Positions 17,949 through 27,814 of a stretch of 64,000 bases of DNA are shown here, piece by piece. The translations under genes were made by a program, and so were the position numbers. The stretch is from a virus. Below the pieces are notes generated by a model. The model did not search any database. It was not told where the DNA came from and saw only the letters and a program-made list of their open reading frames with translations. Each line of letters starts with the position of its first letter. The stretch's first letter is position 1. The stretch is taken from the IMG/VR virus record IMGVR_UViG_3300008110_000009. One strand, given 5' to 3'.

Positions 17949-20900
17949 TTATTCTTCTATTAATATGTCAGTATTATTTTCATCCACAATAAAACTTGCA
18001 CCACTTTCAAGAATTATCCCTTGAGAACTTTCAACAATTTCATAAGTCATATCACAAGATCCCTCTGTAAATGTAATTGTTGGTGTCGAAGTTATTGTTG
18101 GCGTTGTGGTAGAGGTTGGTGTAGGTGTTGATATAACTGAATTAATATCTATTACAAATTCACAACTATCTGATGATGTTGTTGTTGGTGTTTCAGTTAT
18201 AGTTGGTGTAGCTGTTTCTGTTGGTGTTGGTGTTGCAATAATTGCAATTGTATCAATTATAAAATCACAATTAGATGTAAAAGTTGATGTTGGCGTTATA
18301 GTAACACTTGGTGTCGGTGTTGCAATTGTTGCGACTGTATCAATAACAAATTCACAATTTGGTGTGTATGTCGATGTCGGCGTTATAGTGACGCTCGGTG
18401 TTGGGGTTGCAATTGTTGCAACTGTATCAATAACAAATTCACAATTTGGTGTTGATGTTGATGTCGGTGTTATAGTGATACTTGGTGTCGGAGTGGGAAT
18501 TACAGCAACTGTATCAATTACAAATTCACAATTTGGTGTTGATGTTGAAGTTGTTGTTGGTGTAGGTGTTAGCGTCACAACATTTGTATCAATTACAAAT
18601 TCACAATTTGGTGTTGTTGTTACTGTTGGTGTACTAGTTGGCGTCTCTGTTACAGTAGGCGTACCAGTGTTTGTTGATGTATTTGTAGGTGTACTAGTTG
18701 GTGTCTCAGTCAACGTTGGTGTTGGTGTCGATGTAGGTGTATTTGTAGCGGTTGGTGTGCTAGTTATGGTAGGTGTACTGGTAGATGTATTTGTTGGTGT
18801 AGGTGTAGATGTTGGACTTGGGGTTACTATTGGATATGTGCTACCACAAGGTACGGCCGGGGTTATAACACCACATTCAGTTGTATAATTTCTTACAGGA
18901 TCTTCAATTTCAGTTTTACAACATTGATTATCAATATAATATTGACTTAAGCTCATATTAAGTCTATTAAACTTAGTATATGAGTGTTGTATTAATACTT
19001 GTGTTCCATCATTACCATTAAACAATATTAGGTTTTGAGGTTGTGTTCCTGTTATATTAATGTTATAATAAAGATTATTTTCACAGTAATTTAAATTAAC
19101 TGAAATAACCTCTAATAATTCACCTTTTTCTGTAATTAAAAAATCACCAGTATCATAATAATCTGATGGATAATAACAACAAGGCTCCTCCGGTGTTTCT
19201 GGTTTTAATTGCAAAAACTCTGGAGATCTAGAATCAAAAAAGTAACCATCTCGTTTAGATACCCTATATGTTGCTTCATCAACCTCTTTATTTGTGTAAA
19301 CACGTAGTTTTGTTGTTGGTAAAACTTCAATAACAACCTGTTGACCGTTTGAGGTCATACCTATTATTTCACTTTTCTTTACAGATCCTAAACAATCAAT
19401 ATCGCTAATTGTATGCGTTGAATAATCATATGAAAAAGAATAATCATTGTTTTCACTAGCATATTCAAACATGCTTGATGAAAGTGTGGTGCATGATAAG
19501 TATGTTGCACCTAATATGACATTTCCATTAACTAAATCTTTAACATCTTTCTTAACAAGAGTTCCAGCAGCTAAATAACTAGTAATATTTGCTGGTGTTG
19601 TAGATGAATTAATTGTAGCACCACTAACAACAATAACTTTAGTATTGTGTTTTAAACCATAATTGTATGTGTTTCTATATTGTACTTTTGGTACTAATGT
19701 ATAGCCAGTGTTAACAACTAACGGTAAATCAGGCACTTCAGATGGGTATTCTACATATCTTAATGCTAGTCCTTCTATTTTTACTTTTTTATCACAGTTT
19801 GCTGCATCAGTAAAAATTAAATCAATAACCTCATCTTCTCTTACATTACTAAGTTTGAACTTACAATTTTCTCCAACAATTTGGAAGAAACTTGTATCTG
19901 TATAAGTTGGGTGGTATCCTGTACTGATGTTATTTCCTGGTGTACAATTTCTTTGAACATATACACCCCATCCACTATCGTTACCAGATTGAACAGTAAC
20001 ACCTGTTAAGCTAACAATAACATCTGTTGCAACTTTACAAGTTGGATAACCAGAATAAACATCACAAGACGCATCAAATGATAAATCTAAATGACATTTT
20101 GGCTCAGTATATTTGTAATCAACATCAAAATAAAAATCTAAATTATCTTTTACTAAACATTCTCCAGAAGAGTTTGTGTGTGCAATAAATTTAACTTTTT
20201 CAACACCATTATTATCTGTGAAAAATTCATAAGATATTAATTGTGTTTTTCCTGACAATATAGCATTTCCAGGAACATATGAAGGGGTATTGAATGCACT
20301 ATATTGTGTTTCTGTTTGATTAATTTGTTCAACAAGAGATGCTATGGCGTTTTTCCAAGCGGCTTTTATTGTTGTTAAATTTAAATTAATCCAATTTTTA
20401 TATTCACAAATAAGTGGTATTTTAGATGTTGAGGAAGTTAGTACACTACAACTTTCCACAGCAGTAAAACCAGTACCAAATAAGGTACTGCCGGTTAAAA
20501 CTACTTGTGTCGTTCCACTATAATCAGTACCGTCAATATCAATATGTAAAGTAAATGTTACACCACTAAATTCAATTAAACCTCTTAGATTATCTGGATC
20601 TCCAATTATTGTTTCAAGATCTTCTTCAATTACTGTTTCAAATTCTGGATATAAATTTTCTACAATCTCTAATGGTTTACATGGTTTTCTATATGAAAAC
20701 TTGGGTCTACCAAAAACATTGTTTTCAATTAAATTACCCCCCATCCATAATGTTGTTGATGGTATAATTTGTTCTAAAACATTTGACCAATATGGGCTCA
20801 TCTGATTAACAAAATCAGATGTTGATATTATATCATAAGTTGTATAACCAGATGCTACTAATTGATTTATATAATCCTGATAAACATCCTCTAAAGCAAT

Positions 20901-23003
20901 ATAATTCTTCTTATATCTTATTATATTTGAATTAGTTATTTGATTTGAGAAGGTATTTTCTAAATATTGTGCAAAAGTTACACCAGTTTGTGGTGGTAGA
21001 CTATTTGTGCCAAAAGTTACTTCAAGTTCTCTAGATTTTCTCCAAATATCATAGTTAACAGCATTTGCTGCAGATACGAATACGTTTATGTTTTTTCTAT
21101 TAAGAATTAAATTTGAAAGAGCTTCGTCTTCTAAGATTTGTCCTTGCTGATTATCAATTTCACTTTTTATTGTGAAACCATAATCTAAGCCAGGTAATGT
21201 TCTGTAATTATCAAAAAACTCTTCACCATAAGAATATGGTTTTGCTGTTGTTAATAGCGTTTTAGTTCTTCCGGTTAATACTGAATTTTCAGTATCAAGG
21301 ACATCGGAAGATCTATGATCTAAGCTAACATTTGCCCAGCCAGACCCCATTTGGAAGAAAACATTTTCTTGATTTGTTGTTGGAGCTTTAGGTAATAATG
21401 TTGTTTCGTCGATGGGGTAATCGGTTAGTTGATTATTTGTTGTTAACCCTGTTAAAGAAGAAACGGTATAAGTGTATGTATCACTATTAAATGTTACACT
21501 ATTACTAACATTAATATTATTTAATGTGTTATTTAGATCATCTAAAGTAGATGGAGGTAACGCACTGGTTACTTTATAAACATATTCGTTTATTTTCACC
21601 ATTGGATCTGGCGCACCGATAAACTTTAAGAAAAATTCAATACTACTTCTAGTGCCTTTTGATTTATATATAAATGCTAGATTAACTAATAACCTTCTAT
21701 AGAATTCAAGTTCGGCTTCTACTAAATTTTTACCAATAGCTTGTCCATTGTAAACAGTGGAAGAAGCTTTATATATTTGTTCTTCTAAACTTTTTTGATC
21801 AAATAAATTAATGGTATTAAGACCTAGTGTATTTGCTAAGTTTTTAAGAAAAACATCTGGGATATTATCAATTGCGTCATAAGAAACATTTCTCATGTTC
21901 GCGATATTGTCAATATAAGATTTTACTTTATCGAAGCTCTGACCATATAATTGAAATATCTTATCAATTTTTTGATCCTCTGTGTCAAATTCAAATAATT
22001 GCGGCGCAACAAGAAATCTTGTAACTAAATTGGATTTATAGTTATCAATTTCAGTTGCTAAGTCACTTAAACGTGTTAGATATTCCTCGAACTTAAGACC
22101 GGTAATTTGAATGTTGTACCCATCTTTTGATGTTGGCCAGTTAACTAATATGGAAATCAGTTCTGTTTTTGTTTCGTCTAAACTAGTTCTAGGAACCGTA
22201 AACCCAGCTTGATATATTGGGTATGTTTCTCGATTTAATAATGTTTGTTCTAAATCGTCTAAACCTAAATAAAATTCTTCAACAACACTGTCATTTGGTC
22301 TTAAAATAAAACTATCTGAATATGTTGCACCAGTAAATGGTTTACCATCAACAACAAGTGTTATTTGGTTAAACTGATCTGGCTGTACGTAACTTGTTAC
22401 AGCATAAGTTTTATCCTCTATTACAATACAATATTTTGTATATGAAGAAAATAAATTTCTTATTTTATTTTCAACTTCAATTAATTGACTTGCTGTTGGT
22501 TCTTTTAATACAATATCAAAAGGATTAAAAAATCTACCAACTTGAGTTTTAAATGTGGTTGTATTAGTTGTTGGATTATGTGTTATATTTTCAGCAGTGT
22601 AACTGTTAATAGACGCTAAAGCATCTTTGTCAATAAAAATACCGCCGGGAAAATTTTTAGCAATTCTAGCAATAGAGACTCTTATTCTTTCTCTTAATGA
22701 TCCAAAAAGAGACTTAGATGCATCTCTTTTATTTGTATTAAATCTTACTGGTCTTTTTTTACCATCAGATTGTACAACTGTTGTTGGAACATCTTCCTCA
22801 ACCTTAAGATTTTCTAATGTAATAAAATCTGAAAATGGCGCAGTTTGGAATTTTTTTGAGTCTTTCTCTGGGACAATCGTATCAAGAGCGAAGTTCGTAT
22901 TAGTCAATTGACTAGTACCGTCGGTAATTTGTCTACCAACGAGACTATCGTTAAACGTATCAAAACCACTAGCCGCCTGACTCGGAACTTTTCTTTTTGC
23001 CAT
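17949..23003 (-). CDS. Large baseplate wedge-type protein (P2 gpI / T4 gp7-like region) with C-terminal PT/Cys-peptide tail
   Basis: LKNLANTLG and [18 protein letters not shown] typical of gpI-like wedge proteins; last ~290 aa are PT linkers plus CEFVID repeats. Confidence 0.65.
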   Translation of the reverse strand: MAKRKVPSQAASGFDTFNDSLVGRQITDGTSQLTNTNFALDTIVPEKDSKKFQTAPFSDFITLENLKVEEDVPTTVVQSDGKKRPVRFNTNKRDASKSLFGSLRERIRVSIARIAKNFPGGIFIDKDALASINSYTAENITHNPTTNTTTFKTQVGRFFNPFDIVLKEPTASQLIEVENKIRNLFSSYTKYCIVIEDKTYAVTSYVQPDQFNQITLVVDGKPFTGATYSDSFILRPNDSVVEEFYLGLDDLEQTLLNRETYPIYQAGFTVPRTSLDETKTELISILVNWPTSKDGYNIQITGLKFEEYLTRLSDLATEIDNYKSNLVTRFLVAPQLFEFDTEDQKIDKIFQLYGQSFDKVKSYIDNIANMRNVSYDAIDNIPDVFLKNLANTLGLNTINLFDQKSLEEQIYKASSTVYNGQAIGKNLVEAELEFYRRLLVNLAFIYKSKGTRSSIEFFLKFIGAPDPMVKINEYVYKVTSALPPSTLDDLNNTLNNINVSNSVTFNSDTYTYTVSSLTGLTTNNQLTDYPIDETTLLPKAPTTNQENVFFQMGSGWANVSLDHRSSDVLDTENSVLTGRTKTLLTTAKPYSYGEEFFDNYRTLPGLDYGFTIKSEIDNQQGQILEDEALSNLILNRKNINVFVSAANAVNYDIWRKSRELEVTFGTNSLPPQTGVTFAQYLENTFSNQITNSNIIRYKKNYIALEDVYQDYINQLVASGYTTYDIISTSDFVNQMSPYWSNVLEQIIPSTTLWMGGNLIENNVFGRPKFSYRKPCKPLEIVENLYPEFETVIEEDLETIIGDPDNLRGLIEFSGVTFTLHIDIDGTDYSGTTQVVLTGSTLFGTGFTAVESCSVLTSSTSKIPLICEYKNWINLNLTTIKAAWKNAIASLVEQINQTETQYSAFNTPSYVPGNAILSGKTQLISYEFFTDNNGVEKVKFIAHTNSSGECLVKDNLDFYFDVDYKYTEPKCHLDLSFDASCDVYSGYPTCKVATDVIVSLTGVTVQSGNDSGWGVYVQRNCTPGNNISTGYHPTYTDTSFFQIVGENCKFKLSNVREDEVIDLIFTDAANCDKKVKIEGLALRYVEYPSEVPDLPLVVNTGYTLVPKVQYRNTYNYGLKHNTKVIVVSGATINSSTTPANITSYLAAGTLVKKDVKDLVNGNVILGATYLSCTTLSSSMFEYASENNDYSFSYDYSTHTISDIDCLGSVKKSEIIGMTSNGQQVVIEVLPTTKLRVYTNKEVDEATYRVSKRDGYFFDSRSPEFLQLKPETPEEPCCYYPSDYYDTGDFLITEKGELLEVISVNLNYCENNLYYNINITGTQPQNLILFNGNDGTQVLIQHSYTKFNRLNMSLSQYYIDNQCCKTEIEDPVRNYTTECGVITPAVPCGSTYPIVTPSPTSTPTPTNTSTSTPTITSTPTATNTPTSTPTPTLTETPTSTPTNTSTNTGTPTVTETPTSTPTVTTTPNCEFVIDTNVVTLTPTPTTTSTSTPNCEFVIDTVAVIPTPTPSITITPTSTSTPNCEFVIDTVATIATPTPSVTITPTSTYTPNCEFVIDTVATIATPTPSVTITPTSTFTSNCDFIIDTIAIIATPTPTETATPTITETPTTTSSDSCEFVIDINSVISTPTPTSTTTPTITSTPTITFTEGSCDMTYEIVESSQGIILESGASFIVDENNTDILIEE
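18040..18830 (-). repeat. Tandem coding repeats (Pro/Thr linker plus C-E-F-V-I-D peptide)
   Basis: Six CEFVID/CDFIID copies and one degenerate CDMTYE, with matching DNA repeats around 18160, 18265, 18350, 18440, 18525, 18600. Confidence 0.9.
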
Positions 23004-23005
23004 TA

Positions 23006-23923
23006 TTATTCAGTAATATCGTCAAAGTTTAACGTTTGGTCTATATCAGTCCTTCCCTCACGAATCTCATATAATGTCTCATTAAATTCGTCCTTAACTT
23101 CGTATAGGTTAAACTGTTTATAAATGTTGTTTGAGCCATCATAGATCGTGTAGATACCTGAAGATACCGCCTTACTTTGATTACCATAAAGAGCAAGTGC
23201 AAGCGTAGATGCGTCATGTTCAACCATTTCTACCTCAATCGTAGTTGGATTAAAATAGCTGTTTGTTAGTATAATTTTTTGTAGTGGTTGGCCAATAAAT
23301 GGGACAGTATTTGGTTTATTAGTAGGTGCAGAAGATGGGGTGACAGTCAAAAACACTAAGTTTGTTGGTGAGTCTGAATATCTATATCTAACTGATTTTT
23401 GTGTGGTATTTGTTAAGTTTGTTGTTACTGGCTCACAATAAAATGAAGATGTTACAATTTTATAAAAATTTTGGACTTTTTTATTATCAGTAACACTTAT
23501 ATATTCTACTCTATATCCAACCAAACCCTGTGGGGCGAATTTAGATCTATCCTCTTGTTCAACGTTTCCAAGATCAATTACAATACCCCTAACTGAAGAT
23601 AATGATGCTAAAACACCACAATCTGTTATTTGTGTTCTTATTTGTTTTGGTCTTACGTGAAGTGTGTATATCCCTAACTCGGAGAATGTGGTACTTTCTA
23701 ATCTTAATGTATACATACCACCCAAAACCTCCACATTTGGAGCGTTTGTATCATCAGTTGTATTTGCATTGTGATATAATGGTGATAAGATAGCTGCCGA
23801 ATCCAACTTTGTTAGTGTTGAATCGGTAGTTGCACCTCTGTCCGCAGCATAGTGAAGTAGTATTTCTACATCTTCTGGTGATACATCCGCTGGTCTTATT
23901 GTTCCGTAACTTCCTACTGCCAT
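23006..23923 (-). CDS. Structural-region protein, probably baseplate-associated
   Basis: 305-aa ORF in the baseplate operon with an upstream TATTTAT motif. Confidence 0.5.
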   Translation of the reverse strand: MAVGSYGTIRPADVSPEDVEILLHYAADRGATTDSTLTKLDSAAILSPLYHNANTTDDTNAPNVEVLGGMYTLRLESTTFSELGIYTLHVRPKQIRTQITDCGVLASLSSVRGIVIDLGNVEQEDRSKFAPQGLVGYRVEYISVTDNKKVQNFYKIVTSSFYCEPVTTNLTNTTQKSVRYRYSDSPTNLVFLTVTPSSAPTNKPNTVPFIGQPLQKIILTNSYFNPTTIEVEMVEHDASTLALALYGNQSKAVSSGIYTIYDGSNNIYKQFNLYEVKDEFNETLYEIREGRTDIDQTLNFDDITE

Positions 23924-23947
23924 AGCATTTTAATAATAAATATAATT

Positions 23948-25210
23948 TTATTGTTTTTTCACAACGAAAAATCCATTTCCATATATGTCTAATTCGCCAA
24001 TATTGTCAATTTCCCCTAATCTTAAATTAAATTCAGATACCCCCATCTTACCTCTTTCAACAAATATGTCAGAATAAACCGATGGATCTGAAACAAACCC
24101 CAAAAAATGCTCATTTCTGGTTAACATTTTATTTACCACATACTCTGTAGCAAAATCTGTACTGTTACCTGTTGTAAATCCAGAAGTTCCATTTATAATG
24201 TGGTTTGGCACTTTTCCTGTAACATAGGTTACCCCGTCTGAGCAATCATAATAATCTAAGCCATCAACTGTATATTTTGAACAGCTTAAGGTTGTACCAG
24301 GTAGTGAAGTTGATGTTACACCCGTATAAGCCGTTTGGCCGTATAATTTTTTTTCTATAATTCTACTTTTACCAACAGCAACAAATGTTAAACTTGTTGA
24401 CGATAGTGTTTTTGTTGATCCTGAAGCCGCCACACCATAATCTGTGTATGGGAAGGTAAAAGTAAGGGTACCCAAACTAGTTGGATCACCGATAACTAAA
24501 GGTAGCTTTATTGTCCTTGATAATGTTTGTACTTTCCAAGGGCTATTCATTGTAATTGAAATTACTTTACTACCTGCAGTTGAATATGTTTTGGTTGCGT
24601 TACCTAAAATTGAAATAGAAGAGGCTGTAGAATCTCCCCAATTAATTTGGAAGGTTGCGTCAACGACTCTTTTTAAAGTATTTGTATTGGTTGTGTTATA
24701 AACAGTTACGGTGTTTCCAGAAGCTTTATATGTAAAATTACAAAGTTGTTCTACTTGATCGATATCACCATCAAAACCAACCATAACACCTAATTCATCT
24801 ACTTTTGAATCTAGAAGTATTGGTAATTCATAATCTGGATATGCAGCTGATTTATTTTTTCCAATGTTAACCCAAGATGTTCCATTCCATCTATAATAAT
24901 AACCTTTGTCTGTCCACGTTAACGCTTCTGGTTGCTCAACCCAAAACGATGTTTGTGTTGACGGTATTTTATTTAAATTTGAAACAACTAATGATTTATA
25001 TATTTTACCATTATAATAAATGGTATCTCCAGAGGTGTAAGTGATATCGCTATACCATTTAACATCCATGACTGTTGTTCCACTAGTTGGTACAGTTGTT
25101 GCTGACCATGGAACTAACTGTAGGTTATTATCATACCAATACTGCCCAGCGTTATATAAAACAACCGATAATATATTTTTTTGCAATATTTCGTACTTAT
25201 ATTTTCTCAT
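23948..25210 (-). CDS. Virion protein with CBM5/12-like and PKD-like domains
   Basis: WYSDITYTSGDTIYYNGKIYKS...P......W (CBM5/12-like); FQINWGDS...KTYSTAGSKVISIT (PKD-like). Confidence 0.6.
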   Translation of the reverse strand: MRKYKYEILQKNILSVVLYNAGQYWYDNNLQLVPWSATTVPTSGTTVMDVKWYSDITYTSGDTIYYNGKIYKSLVVSNLNKIPSTQTSFWVEQPEALTWTDKGYYYRWNGTSWVNIGKNKSAAYPDYELPILLDSKVDELGVMVGFDGDIDQVEQLCNFTYKASGNTVTVYNTTNTNTLKRVVDATFQINWGDSTASSISILGNATKTYSTAGSKVISITMNSPWKVQTLSRTIKLPLVIGDPTSLGTLTFTFPYTDYGVAASGSTKTLSSTSLTFVAVGKSRIIEKKLYGQTAYTGVTSTSLPGTTLSCSKYTVDGLDYYDCSDGVTYVTGKVPNHIINGTSGFTTGNSTDFATEYVVNKMLTRNEHFLGFVSDPSVYSDIFVERGKMGVSEFNLRLGEIDNIGELDIYGNGFFVVKKQ

Positions 25211-25212
25211 TT

Positions 25213-26046
25213 TTATAATTTAGCCGCAGTACCACTGCCAAAATCACAATCACTTGTAATTCCTCTAGTTATTTTATAGCTATGGTCCGATCTTTTGAAT
25301 CTTACTTGATAGTAAACATCATTAATTTCGTCCACAGTATTACTATAATTCATCTCATAAAACTTAACAGGATTTGCTGTTGTACCCACTCTTTCACCAT
25401 TTACTAAGCTAGAATTATTTGCTGTTAAATCTTTATTTAAAAATCTCGTAATTGTGCCGTCTTCAGCATTAAAAAATCTAGCAGTCATGTAAAAGGTTAG
25501 ACCGCTAAACACACTATCATCACCAAACCAAAACAAATACATATTTTCGGTGTTTCTGTAGTTGTTACCATTAAATACCGGTACAAAAATGTCTTCTCTT
25601 AAATTTAAGTCGAAAACTTTTTGTCCAAGAGGTATTGATAGGTTTTTAGCAAAAACAAGTTTTTGTGTTTCTCTTTCTCTTGTTGTATAAAATTCTAATC
25701 TAAAGAAACTATTAACGGTGTGTTTTAATAACTTAGCATTTTCTTTTGGGCTTATACCAATTAAATCGTAGTCAAAGCCATTATCATAATCTCTAGGATT
25801 TTGATTATTTAAAAAATAAAACTGATACCAAATGTCACATTGTTTAGTCGATACCCCAGATATTGTCACATCGTAAGGTTCATGAATATATCTAACAGTT
25901 TCATAGTTTTCAACCGGATTAATAATTGATCTAAGAACTTCTTCCTGATAATCTAGGAAATTTTCTTCCCAACCAGCATTTATTCTAAAATCTGTTTCCG
26001 GATTAAAAACCAAAGATTTACTATCTCTATTATACAATATATTCAT
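25213..26046 (-). CDS. Hypothetical structural-region protein
   Basis: 277-aa ORF tightly packed in the baseplate operon. Confidence 0.5.
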   Translation of the reverse strand: MNILYNRDSKSLVFNPETDFRINAGWEENFLDYQEEVLRSIINPVENYETVRYIHEPYDVTISGVSTKQCDIWYQFYFLNNQNPRDYDNGFDYDLIGISPKENAKLLKHTVNSFFRLEFYTTRERETQKLVFAKNLSIPLGQKVFDLNLREDIFVPVFNGNNYRNTENMYLFWFGDDSVFSGLTFYMTARFFNAEDGTITRFLNKDLTANNSSLVNGERVGTTANPVKFYEMNYSNTVDEINDVYYQVRFKRSDHSYKITRGITSDCDFGSGTAAKL

Positions 26047-26047
26047 T

Positions 26048-27814
26048 TTAACAATTTATGTTTGTATTTCCGAACCCTTTAAATCCATCTGATTTATTAT
26101 TAAATTCTTTTTCGTTTATAAAATAAAAATTAAAATCTGTTTTAACATAATGCTGTCCATTTACAAATGGAAAGTCGGTGCCATTACCTTCATCATCAAC
26201 AAACCCATGATCATATAAATCCCTCCACTTCCATAATCTTTCATCTGGAAAGTATCTGGCATTATCTGGAAGATCTAATATATTGTTAGTATTAAATGTT
26301 TCAATATATGATGAAAGCTGTCTTAGCTTTACTCTATAGTGTGGTTGATATAATAACCCCATTTTATTGTTTGCTGTAGCTCCGCTAAAGCCTGTAACAT
26401 TTTCATCTTGACTATGATCAAAAATTGTTGTTGGGTGAACAATTTTATGAAGCGCTTCAGATATGATTCTTTCTTTTAATTCATAAGGATTGTATTCGAC
26501 AAATGCACCAGTTAAAATTGTTCCAGTTGGTATTGTGCTACCAGATGTAAAAGTTATTCCACTAATAGTAACAGATGTACCACTAAGTGATGTTTCTTGT
26601 GTTGTTGTTCCACTAAAATGATCATCTATCCAACTATCGTGTAAATGAAATCTATAACCAACCTTTGGTGGATATTCAAAATAACCTGAGCCATTTTTAA
26701 ATAAAACTGTTACATAAACCTCTGTTGGTGTATAACCAAGATTATTTGTTAGGCCAGTTAAAATAAAACTATTTCTAAAATCATATAATAAAGACTCTGG
26801 TCGATTTCTTTCAACTAAAACATCATTATTACCAACACTATCTTCAAATAAAATCTTTTTTTCTTCCTCAAATATTGGTACCTCAAATCCGGCTTTATCT
26901 AAAATATAATCGGTATGTGGGGTTAATATTTTATGTTTATGTACGTAATATGTTGATGTTGTTCCTGATATATTTTTATCATTAATACATCTTTTAATTG
27001 TGATTAATGTTGGTAGGGTTATACCACTAAATTGTTGTCTATTTAAATTTATTACATACTTTGATGAATTGTATTTATCATCCCCTAGGCTTGAAACAGA
27101 ATATGTTTTTCCGCTTACAGCCGAAACAGAAGATATTATAACAAACTCATCTTCACCAATTCCATGTGGGACTGGTGTTATTAATTTATAATTTGTTGCT
27201 GTTGTTTCTACTCTACATGGTATTCCTTTTCCACTAGTAAATGTAATAATATTTGTACCTTCTACTTTGGTTGCCCCACTTAGTGTATACTTCATTGGGT
27301 AATTAGTATCACCACTGTATACGTAACTCATATAAAGATTCCAGTTATGGTATGGGGCATCCATATTGGATATATTCTGATGTTTATTTCTTGGTTTTGT
27401 TGGTAATGAAAATGTTGGTGTATAAGTGCCGTATGTTGATCCACTAACAGATGGAATGCTAATATCTTGTCTATATGTGTCTCTTCTTATAAATGCAAAT
27501 TCATCATATGGAATATATCCTGTATTATCTCCAATATCACCCGCACCGCTTAAATAAAGATATTCAGTTAAATTTTGATAATTACTATCACCCTCATACA
27601 TGTTTCTGAATATCATTCTTAGTTTACCATATATTTTATATTTGTTGCTTTGTGCCCTTTCGTAGCTAAAGTGTTCTTCAAGATCTAAAACAATTGAACG
27701 GTCACCTTCCCTTAACAATTCTTCACTTGTTTCTAAACCAATTCTTGTTGATAGATCAACAGCTGGGGCCTTATGATACCTTAACTCTGGTAATATGATT
27801 GTTTTCTTTTCCAT
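26048..27814 (-). CDS. Hypothetical virion/baseplate protein
   Basis: 588-aa ORF overlapping the upstream stop (TAATG); rich in [ST]GxT. Confidence 0.55.
   Translation of the reverse strand: MEKKTIILPELRYHKAPAVDLSTRIGLETSEELLREGDRSIVLDLEEHFSYERAQSNKYKIYGKLRMIFRNMYEGDSNYQNLTEYLYLSGAGDIGDNTGYIPYDEFAFIRRDTYRQDISIPSVSGSTYGTYTPTFSLPTKPRNKHQNISNMDAPYHNWNLYMSYVYSGDTNYPMKYTLSGATKVEGTNIITFTSGKGIPCRVETTATNYKLITPVPHGIGEDEFVIISSVSAVSGKTYSVSSLGDDKYNSSKYVINLNRQQFSGITLPTLITIKRCINDKNISGTTSTYYVHKHKILTPHTDYILDKAGFEVPIFEEEKKILFEDSVGNNDVLVERNRPESLLYDFRNSFILTGLTNNLGYTPTEVYVTVLFKNGSGYFEYPPKVGYRFHLHDSWIDDHFSGTTTQETSLSGTSVTISGITFTSGSTIPTGTILTGAFVEYNPYELKERIISEALHKIVHPTTIFDHSQDENVTGFSGATANNKMGLLYQPHYRVKLRQLSSYIETFNTNNILDLPDNARYFPDERLWKWRDLYDHGFVDDEGNGTDFPFVNGQHYVKTDFNFYFINEKEFNNKSDGFKGFGNTNINC

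Noticed and set aside
18040-18830. Regularly spaced DNA repeats as a CRISPR array
   Set aside because: In-frame coding repeats with wobble variation and repetitive PT spacers; no cas operon.
18106-18888. Plus-strand Val/Gly-rich ORFs (also 8022-8369, 8483-8893, 14623-14883, 15581-15808, 16811-17188)
   Set aside because: Antisense shadows of ACA/CCA (Thr/Pro) codon repeats; the other short overlapping ORFs in the track are also shadows of long genes.
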